The notes below the pieces were generated by a model, which saw only the letters and a program-made list of their open reading frames with translations, was not told where the DNA came from and made no database searches. From Candidatus Latescibacterota bacterium (GTDB taxonomy: Bacteria > Latescibacterota > UBA2968 > GCA-2709665), in assembly GCA_965222075.1 (NCBI GenBank), contig OZ244937.1, positions 544,001 to 608,000 of the forward strand: a DNA stretch of 64,000 nt, given 5' to 3'. A program made the position numbers and the translations under genes. Of this stretch, positions 9,714-16,578 are shown in pieces (the stretch's first letter is position 1; the number at the start of each line of letters is the position of its first letter).

Positions 9714-10073
9714 ATGAATAACACGCTGGTGGCTGTACTTGTCTACCAATTATTCCACAGTCACCCATCATGGAATAAATTCAGTAAAGTTATCGATTTT
9801 ATCCTCGGGCAGCAGTTCAGAACTATGGAACCTGGTCATATAGCCTGTTACGGTGGCCTGGTTCACTTTGTTCAGACCGAATTACCAGAGGTGGAAGATG
9901 CGTTATTAGAGGGATTTCAAAGGTATCCGGCGATGAAAATATACGAACGATATATGTTGGCAACAGTCGAACGAAAGATAAGAAATTCAGATCAAGCATT
10001 GGATTTGGAAAATTCTTCTTATGCTGACCTTTTTCCGGGTGCCATCAAGTCAATCGTCAGAAAGTGGAAATAG
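9714..10073 (+). CDS. Hypothetical protein (low GC)
   Basis: ORF 9534..10073; likely start MNNTL after GGGAG RBS. Confidence 0.5.
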   Translation: MNNTLVAVLVYQLFHSHPSWNKFSKVIDFILGQQFRTMEPGHIACYGGLVHFVQTELPEVEDALLEGFQRYPAMKIYERYMLATVERKIRNSDQALDLENSSYADLFPGAIKSIVRKWK

Positions 10074-10214
10074 TGAACATGAAAAGCCGAATGGGACTGC
10101 GTTCGGCGACTCTGCCTGTTACGATGGGGGGCCTGGCAGGATGGAAGAGGCAAGGCTTCGTCGCAGGGGAAGGGAGTATGAACGAAAAAATATGTATTTC
10201 TTCGGGAGGAAACC

Positions 10215-11855
10215 GTGCGTAAGCGGATCGCGACTTTTGCCGTTATCGCCATCGCGCTTTTGATTCATCCGCTATCTCATTCTGGGGCAATTGTTTCGTC
10301 ACAATCCGACCTGCCTGCGCCGGATGCCCTGCCTGCGCCGAGTGCTCGGCAGGCAGGTCGGCAGGCAGGTCGGCAGGCAGGCCCGAGTCCCGACTTTAAT
10401 GGGGATGGTGTTGTGAATTTTAACGACTTTGTGCAGTTTGCGGGCGTGTTCGGTTCAAGCCGAGGGGGTGGGACGTATGAAGCGAAGTACGATCTGGATA
10501 GCGATGGCATGATTGGATTTTCAGATTTTGTGATCTTTGCCGGCAACTTCGGCAAAGCGGTGAACCGCCTGCCTCGTCGGCAGACAGGCATAAATGCCTT
10601 TGATTTTCCGCTGCGCGCCATCTCCGCCGCGGGGAATTGGGGAACCAATGCGCAAGTTGTAGCAGAGTGGGAAGCTGCCGGGAGGGTCGGACCTCTCATA
10701 CCTCCGGAGTATATTGAATGGCTGAAGAGCCTGCATGTGAACTGGATCTTACTCTCCGTCGCTCTGCATTACGAAGACAGCATGGACAGCACGGTTGAGC
10801 GTAACTATTCAGCGGATATAGATATCTCTACTTTTTCGGATAAAGCTCTCAGACAGCTTATACGGGAATTCAGAGTTCACGGAATTGACGTGTATCTGAC
10901 CCTCGCATTCGAAGCCCATGAGGCGGAAACAGCCGCACGCCCGGTACAAAGGTGGCAACTTGGAGACCCGGCACCACCTCACACGGGCGGCGTTCCTCCT
11001 GACGATCCCGACATCTTCGGATTGATATTACCACAATTTTGGCCGTGGCGTCCGGATCACCCGGATCACGAACGTTTTGTCGCCGAGTTCTGGGAGACCT
11101 ATACACAACAGGCGGTACATTTCGCCAGAATCGCAGAGGATGAGGGGGTGCGATTGTACTCGTTGGGCACGGAGACTGATCGGCTTTTTCGAACGCGTTC
11201 AGGAGGCTATATGACCAATGATTTCGGTCAGGAACTCAGATCAATGGTGGAGAGAGTGCGTGCCGTGTACAGTGGCGTGTTGACCTATGACACGCACTAT
11301 GACGTATTCACAGCGTCCGACTTCTATGGACCGGGGTCGGGAGCAGGTCATCTATGGAAAGATTTGGATCTCGACATCGTGGGGATCAGTGCATGGTTTC
11401 CACTGACGGACTCGCGTCCGTCAACGGTACTGAGCGTCGAAAGTTTCCAGGCGAGTTATAGGCAGATATTCCAAAACCAGCTTATTCCTCTTGCGGACAG
11501 AAATCCCGACCGGCCCATTGTGTTTACCGAATATGGTGCTATGGATGTGGTTGAAACACCCGAAAGACCAGGTGATACATCAGCGCAAAACCGGCGATTC
11601 GTATTTACCGATTCGAACGGCAACGGGCTGGATGACGGGCGGGAAACTCAGGCCAACATCTATGAGGCCTTAATCAACACCATGGCTCAGTACCCTGGGA
11701 TAGTAAATGGTGTCTTCTATTGGGATAATTGGATAACCAGCGACGAACTGTGGGCGGGATACTGGGCAGGTCGGCGTACTTATGCTATTCGTGACAAGCC
11801 GGCTGAGGAGGTCGTGCGGTCAGCTTATGGGTCCTACATAAAAACGAAAAATTGA
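10215..11855 (+). CDS. Secreted dockerin/EF-hand plus glycoside hydrolase TIM barrel (GH113-like)
   Basis: Signal peptide; DFNGDGVVNFNDF; SLGTETD, VRAVYSGVLTY, DIVGISAWFPL, IVFTEYG, DKPAEEVVR motifs. Confidence 0.8.
   Translation: MRKRIATFAVIAIALLIHPLSHSGAIVSSQSDLPAPDALPAPSARQAGRQAGRQAGPSPDFNGDGVVNFNDFVQFAGVFGSSRGGGTYEAKYDLDSDGMIGFSDFVIFAGNFGKAVNRLPRRQTGINAFDFPLRAISAAGNWGTNAQVVAEWEAAGRVGPLIPPEYIEWLKSLHVNWILLSVALHYEDSMDSTVERNYSADIDISTFSDKALRQLIREFRVHGIDVYLTLAFEAHEAETAARPVQRWQLGDPAPPHTGGVPPDDPDIFGLILPQFWPWRPDHPDHERFVAEFWETYTQQAVHFARIAEDEGVRLYSLGTETDRLFRTRSGGYMTNDFGQELRSMVERVRAVYSGVLTYDTHYDVFTASDFYGPGSGAGHLWKDLDLDIVGISAWFPLTDSRPSTVLSVESFQASYRQIFQNQLIPLADRNPDRPIVFTEYGAMDVVETPERPGDTSAQNRRFVFTDSNGNGLDDGRETQANIYEALINTMAQYPGIVNGVFYWDNWITSDELWAGYWAGRRTYAIRDKPAEEVVRSAYGSYIKTKN
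10310..10381. repeat. Nested palindromic elements (30+30 nt plus a 12-nt arm duplication), in frame
   Basis: Encodes LPAPDALPAPSARQAGRQAGRQAG between the signal peptide and the dockerin domain. Confidence 0.88.
10568..10588. repeat. Short variant palindromic element (21 nt, in frame)
   Basis: CCTGCCTCGTCGGCAGACAGG in the linker after the dockerin domain. Confidence 0.75.
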
Positions 11856-11862
11856 AGCCCTG

Positions 11863-11931
11863 TGTGGGCACCAGCCACAGGATAAATTGGTAACGCGCCT
11901 CCAATGCCGGGCCAGTCTGACGCGCCCGGGC
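11863..11931 (-). pseudogene. avd: DGR accessory variability determinant (Avd) N-terminal remnant
   Basis: ARQTGPALEARYQFILWLVPT resembles Avd N-termini as recalled and is paralogous to 16411-16470; lies just downstream of a DGR-type target gene. Confidence 0.6.
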
Positions 11932-12107
11932 TTTTAAGGGGCATTCAAAAGTCTGACTTCTAAGCCTTACAGGAAAGTTCAAAGGGAAAAATACCTCTCA
12001 CAGACCACAGAACCCGTCCAAAAAAATCGAAAAAGCCTCTCAACCCCCCAAAAGCTCCATCCTCATTTCCCCTCCCCTCCCCTCCAAAGAGGTAAAGAGG
12101 TGAAGAT

Positions 12108-12815
12108 TCAAGGGGTAAGCGTCCGGGCAATACGGAAACCGATGACGGCTGAACCGTCCGCCGGAGGAGACCCTGTCGCGGTACGCGGCGCGGAGGTCCT
12201 CGGGTAGTCGAACCACGAGCCGCCGCGCAACACGCGACGCGCACAGTCGCCGCTCTCCCAGGCCGAGCCGTCCGCCGCCGCGCCTCGGTAACTGGCGTGC
12301 CAGCAGTCCTGCACCCACTCCCACACGTTGCCGTGCATGTCATGAAGTCCCCACGCGTTGGCACCGAACGCACCCACCGGCGCCGTCTTCTTACCGCCCC
12401 ACTGACTGCCGCAACCATCGCAATTGGCCCGGCCCTGGCCAATCTCATTCCCCCAGCTATACGCCGTCACCGACCCCGCACGCAACGCATACTCCCACTC
12501 CGCCTCGCTCGGCAAACGGTAACGCAGGTCCGTCTCCACCGACAGCCACTCCGTATACGCCACCGCATCCTCCCACGAAACGTTGATCACCGGACGCCGC
12601 CCACGGCCCCAGCCTGCGTCGTCCATCCGCTCTCTACTCGTCGCCGCCGTGAAGCGATCGTACTCCTCGAACGTCACCTCGTACTTCGACAGCGCGAACG
12701 ACCCAACCGTCACCTCGTGCACCGGCTTCTCGTCGCCAGCACAGTCTTTACCCGACACGCAGCCCATCCGAAAACGGCCCGCAGGAATCACCACCATCTC
12801 AGGCTCAAGCGGCAT
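12108..12815 (-). CDS. FGE-sulfatase/C-type-lectin-fold DGR-type target 2 (probably the split C-terminal part of the upstream kinase gene)
   Basis: PEMVVIPAGRFRMG, RLPSEAEWEYA, WGLHDMHGNVWEW, RVLRGGSW...GFRIARTLTP; 3' flank shared with target 1. Confidence 0.85.
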   Translation of the reverse strand: MPLEPEMVVIPAGRFRMGCVSGKDCAGDEKPVHEVTVGSFALSKYEVTFEEYDRFTAATSRERMDDAGWGRGRRPVINVSWEDAVAYTEWLSVETDLRYRLPSEAEWEYALRAGSVTAYSWGNEIGQGRANCDGCGSQWGGKKTAPVGAFGANAWGLHDMHGNVWEWVQDCWHASYRGAAADGSAWESGDCARRVLRGGSWFDYPRTSAPRTATGSPPADGSAVIGFRIARTLTP

Positions 12816-12850
12816 CTGTGGTCACCCTTGCTCTTTCGGCTTCTGTGCAG

Positions 12851-14146
12851 TCACTTGCCTTGCTCTGCTTTCGCTCTTGCTTCTTGCTCTTGACGACGCT
12901 CTTGCTCTTGACGACGCTGCTCAGCCTGTTCTTGACGACGCTGCTTTTCGGGTAGATATTCATATTCATAATAGTATAGCCCCCCAACAAGATAGTATAG
13001 CCCCCCAACAAGGAGAGCAACCATGCATACAACCGCCGCAAGCCACTTCCCTTTGCGCTTTTTGGGAGAACCCGACCAGGCGTCGTCACGCTGATGCACG
13101 GGTGGGGCATCTACTCTCTCTCGTTCCTGTGCAAACGTTGTGACTAATCCCCTGGCAAACAACGGCAACCGGGCGTCGTCACGCTGATGCACGGGTGGGG
13201 CATCTACTATCTCTCGTTCCTGTGCAGACGCTGTGACTGGCGGCGGAATGTTCACGCTGCCTGATGTTTCTCCAGACAGCGCAGGACGCCATGAAGCCAC
13301 ACTTTGCGGGCGGGCAGCCTTATCCATTTGCAGGGCTTTATCTATCGCAGAAAGAAACCCAGCACTCGCTTGACCCGCGCAGCGCTCAGACACTGGAATC
13401 AGCGGGTCCTGGATTACTCTTTCCGTGGCGTCGTCGGGCACTTGACCAGTCAACGCCCGGTAGCACACGGCCCCCAATGCGTAGATGTCTGTCCAGGGCC
13501 CTTGATCACCCCGACTCGAATACTGCTCTATCGGCGCGTAACCCGGCGTGATAATCGACGTAACAGAACGGCTCTTAGCACCGATCGCCTGACGCGCCGC
13601 ACCAAAGTCCAGCAACACAGGTGAATTGTCCTCATCCCGAATGATGATGTTGCCCGGCTTGATGTCACGGTGCAGGAAATCGGCACGATGTACCACCTCA
13701 AGGCCATCCAGGATCGGATACAGAATGGCCTTGAGTTCGGCTTCGCTCAGCGTCCCTTTGCGTGCGAGGAATGCCGATAAGGTTTCGCCCTCGGCATACT
13801 CCATCACGATATACGCCGTGCCATGCGCCTCAAAAAAGCGATACACTTTAATAATGTGGCGATGATCGAAGCGGGCTAAGGTGCGTGCTTCATCTAAGAA
13901 ACGACCCAGTCCCCACTCAAAATCATCTCGAAACTGGCTGGCTTGCGGGGCAACGCTGTTGTCGCCTGTACGGGTGGCGATATCGGCGGGCAGGTATTCC
14001 TTAATGGCCACGGCTTTGTCCAGGTTGTGGTCAAAGCCCAGATACGTCATCCCGAATCCGCCAAAGCCCAGCACCCTCACCAGTTCGTATTCCTGGAGAC
14101 GGTACCCCTGGGGCAGCGCGTTGAGGGGGTGGTGTGCGTCGTTCAT
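12851..14146 (-). CDS. Ser/Thr protein kinase with TM helix and coiled coil (paralog of 16579..18993, separated from its FGE domain by stops/frameshift)
   Basis: LGFGGFG, VAIKEY, HRDIKPGN, DFG, GYAPIE; start MNDAHH with RBS. Confidence 0.88.
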   Translation of the reverse strand: MNDAHHPLNALPQGYRLQEYELVRVLGFGGFGMTYLGFDHNLDKAVAIKEYLPADIATRTGDNSVAPQASQFRDDFEWGLGRFLDEARTLARFDHRHIIKVYRFFEAHGTAYIVMEYAEGETLSAFLARKGTLSEAELKAILYPILDGLEVVHRADFLHRDIKPGNIIIRDEDNSPVLLDFGAARQAIGAKSRSVTSIITPGYAPIEQYSSRGDQGPWTDIYALGAVCYRALTGQVPDDATERVIQDPLIPVSERCAGQASAGFLSAIDKALQMDKAARPQSVASWRPALSGETSGSVNIPPPVTASAQEREIVDAPPVHQRDDARLPLFARGLVTTFAQERERVDAPPVHQRDDAWSGSPKKRKGKWLAAVVCMVALLVGGLYYLVGGLYYYEYEYLPEKQRRQEQAEQRRQEQERRQEQEARAKAEQGK

Positions 14147-14188
14147 AGTGTTTCCCTCAAAGGGTTCTTCTCTTGTGTGTTCATCCCC

Positions 14189-14325
14189 GTGCGGACGAGG
14201 ACCTGCCTGCCGGGTCGCCTGCCTGCGCGGAGTTCTGCTCGGCAGGCAGGGCGCAGGCAGGCGTCCGCGCTCCCAGGTTGGCATGGCGCACTCAAACCAT
14301 GCGGGCGAGGACGCCCGCGTTCCCA
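14189..14325 (-). repeat. REP-like hairpin pair (GGGARCGCGGRCGTCCTCGYCCGC), one copy carrying a 60-nt nested insertion
   Basis: Same pair without the insertion at 19037-19113. Confidence 0.7.
14202..14261. repeat. Nested palindromic elements (27+33 nt)
   Basis: Absent at the paralogous position 19047/19048. Confidence 0.92.
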
Positions 14326-14331
14326 GGGAGG

Positions 14332-14495
14332 TTAATCTTTCGCTCTTTCTTCCGTATCCTGCCAATCGAACGCGTCGCCGCACAGGGGCACGAACCGGAG
14401 AACCGTTGCGCCAATGCTGATATGGCTATGCGCGGGCAGTTCCGTCGGAATGAGCACGGGCTGGTCGTTGAGGTAGGTCAGGTTGGTGCCGCTCC
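14332..14495 (-). pseudogene. Duplicated 3' fragment of the FHA-domain gene
   Basis: GTNLTYLNDQPVLIPTELPAHSHISIGATVLRFVPLCGDAFDW, paralogous to 19118-19280. Confidence 0.8.
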
Positions 14496-14497
14496 CT

Positions 14498-14827
14498 TCA
14501 TTCGTTGGGTTGAGCGGAAAGTTTAACTTCGATATTGCAGTGAAGTTTGTCTTGAAGAATGAAAAGAATATGCGTGAGATTATCCATTGTAGGATTTCCT
14601 TTTGACGACAACATACGATGGACACTCTTGCTGGGCTTATCGAGCTCTTTTGCCAATAATTCAAAACCAATCGTTGAATTTACGAGTTCCCGAAGAACAA
14701 GACGGGCAGTTTCAGAATCCCCGCTTAAAAAAGATGAAACGGCTTCATTCATTAGAGATGCAGCAAAATCAGGATCTCTTTCTGCCCTTTCTCTAATTGT
14801 CTGCCTGTAGTCGCGTGTCAGTGCCAT
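14498..14827 (-). CDS. Addiction-module antitoxin / HTH regulator (HI1420-like)
   Basis: [22 protein letters not shown]...[22 protein letters not shown]; GGAG RBS. Confidence 0.8.
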   Translation of the reverse strand: MALTRDYRQTIRERAERDPDFAASLMNEAVSSFLSGDSETARLVLRELVNSTIGFELLAKELDKPSKSVHRMLSSKGNPTMDNLTHILFILQDKLHCNIEVKLSAQPNE

Positions 14828-15001
14828 GTTTATCTCCTGCGATTTGTATTCTTTCATCATCTCTCCGGCTTTCGCAATATCCCTTTGTTGGCGGTCTTTT
14901 GTGCCGCCTCCCAGCAATACGATAAGGTCGTCACCATCCTGGAGTAAATAGATTCGATATCCTGGACCCCAATCAATTTTGTATTCTCCAAGCCCTGGCA
15001 A
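14828..15001 (-). pseudogene. C-terminal half of an addiction-module killer toxin (RelE/ParE-like, HI1419 type)
   Basis: [14 protein letters not shown]...[17 protein letters not shown]; N-terminus missing; reads in frame into the antitoxin. Confidence 0.75.
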
Positions 15002-16015
15002 TCAGGTCGTGGTGTCTGATTGTGTTGACGACTGCGTCGGGGCGTCTCGATTTTTTTCTTCTAGCGGTTCCCCACTGATTTTGCCTGTCTCGATTCGTCT
15101 TGATTGCTGACCGGGTGACGCTGTCAGCGCTTTCTTCAAGGCAGACCAAAGCCCTGACAGGCCTGTTTCCCGTCTTGATGGCTGAGTCTCTTCGCCCTGT
15201 TTGGATTTCTCCTGGGCGGTATCATCGGGAAGCGTTTCCACCCCACAATCGGCCTCCGGAGTGTAGAGCAACACGGTGGTATTGTCCTGGTGGGGATGTC
15301 CGACCTCTTCCACGGCATGGATGAGTGCCCCGGTGACTTCTTCAAGGGGTGCGTCCTGCATGTCCTGTAGAATACGCGCAATCTCCTCATCCTCAAGCGT
15401 CATTAAACCATCACTCGCCAATAACAGACGATCGCTTTTTCGAACGGCAACCGGTTGCGATGAAATGTCAATCAGGTGGATTTCATCGCCCATGACCGCA
15501 GACCGCAGGGCATGCCGTTTGGAATCGGTCGCGGCTTCTTCTGCGGTCATGCGCCCCGCCGCCACCAGGCTGGCGAGCACCGGCGCCATGGAGTGATCGG
15601 CATTGAGGCGGCGCAACTGCCCGTCACGGAACAACCACAAGGGGGAATCCCCCACACTGATCCAGTCGAGTCCGTGTTGTGAAATGACCGCTGCGACCAC
15701 GGTTGACCCCATGCCCTTCAGTTCAGGATTATCCTCGGTAGCCCGGGCAAGGGCATCATTGGCGGCGGTGAGGCAGGCGCGCAGACGATCCGGGACTGGC
15801 CCGTCCGTGCGGGGATAGGTCTCGACAAAGGTCTTGACAACGGTCCTGCTGGCCGTGTCGCCGCTGACGTGCCCGCCCATCCCATCGGCTAACAACAACA
15901 CCTCACTGCCGTCAATATCGGGATCGCCGCGCTCAATCAGGCCGTAATCGTCCTCCTGATATTCCCGCCCACCGGGAATTTGCCGCGCGGCGAATCGTCC
16001 TTCCAATCGGTTCAT
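15002..16015 (-). CDS. PP2C-family Ser/Thr phosphatase
   Basis: GGREYQED, LADGMGGH, GMGST, VGDS, DHS, LLASDGL, QDNTT. Confidence 0.93.
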   Translation of the reverse strand: MNRLEGRFAARQIPGGREYQEDDYGLIERGDPDIDGSEVLLLADGMGGHVSGDTASRTVVKTFVETYPRTDGPVPDRLRACLTAANDALARATEDNPELKGMGSTVVAAVISQHGLDWISVGDSPLWLFRDGQLRRLNADHSMAPVLASLVAAGRMTAEEAATDSKRHALRSAVMGDEIHLIDISSQPVAVRKSDRLLLASDGLMTLEDEEIARILQDMQDAPLEEVTGALIHAVEEVGHPHQDNTTVLLYTPEADCGVETLPDDTAQEKSKQGEETQPSRRETGLSGLWSALKKALTASPGQQSRRIETGKISGEPLEEKNRDAPTQSSTQSDTTT

Positions 16016-16082
16016 GGTGTTCCTCCAATACGGCGCAGGGCTGCTGCCGTCTCATTGGCATTGTATGCCATCACAAAGTGCA

Positions 16083-16126
16083 GCGGTGTCCCTTCCCCAC
16101 AGGCGCGAGGCAAAAGGGACACCGCC
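16083..16126 (-). other. GC-rich hairpin at the end of the spacer downstream of the TR
   Basis: GCGGTGTCCCTT ... AAGGGACACCGC inverted repeat. Confidence 0.55.
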
Positions 16127-16209
16127 CTTACCTCATCATGACCGTCCCTGGACGCTCCGTTGCACACCCGGCAACACCGTAGTGCTGCCCGTTCTGGCAG
16201 ACGAGCGTG

Positions 16210-16323
16210 CGGGCAACTCGAAAACCCCTATTGTTGTTCCGGTTTTCGATCCTGTTCCTGTTGCGATTGGCCGAGCGGAGGTTCCTCGGTTTGTTGTTCC
16301 ACGAACCGCCACGCAACACGCGC
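16210..16323 (-). mobile_element. DGR template repeat (TR), 114 nt
   Basis: Gap-free alignment to 16595-16708; 16 mismatches at TR adenines and 2 elsewhere; conceptual translation RVLRGGSWNNKPRNLRSANRNRNRIENRNNNRGFRVAR is rich in AAC/AAT. Confidence 0.95.
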
Positions 16324-16512
16324 TCAGGAGGGACGATCAGGCTTCCAAAGCGGATCGAACCACCCGCCTCGAAAGATCGCATGGCGCAACCGCCATGTAT
16401 TGGCATGATCACGCTCGACCGTCGGGACCAACCAGACGAGAAAACGAAAGTGCGACTCCAGCGCCGGGCCTTCCCGGATTGAGGCTACCCGCAACGGGCG
16501 GGTGGTTAGCAT
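16324..16512 (-). pseudogene. Fused avd-5' / reverse-transcriptase-3' stub (internal deletion of the DGR core)
   Basis: GPALESHFRFLVWLVPTVER (Avd-like N-terminus) joined at about 16410 to HANTWRLRHAIFRGGWFDP (DGR RT-like C-terminal tail, from recall); stop abuts the TR. Confidence 0.65.
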
Positions 16513-16527
16513 GCCCTGGCCGGATCG

Positions 16528-16550
16528 CCAGGAGGGCGAAGCCCCCCTGG
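16528..16550. promoter_or_regulatory. DGR target-recognition hairpin downstream of VR/IMH
   Basis: CCAGGAGGGC-GAA-GCCCCCCTGG about 28 nt past the target stop codon; GRA triloop as in characterised DGRs. Confidence 0.75.
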
Positions 16551-16578
16551 ACCCCCCAGGAGGTAAAGAGGTGAAGAT

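Noticed and set aside
14147-14383. N-terminal extension of the 510-aa kinase ORF
   Set aside because: Reads through REP and palindrome DNA; the paralog starts at MNDAHH with an RBS
16128-16412. 94-aa ORF resembling an FGE C-terminus
   Set aside because: It is the conceptual translation of the DGR template repeat, probably not a protein
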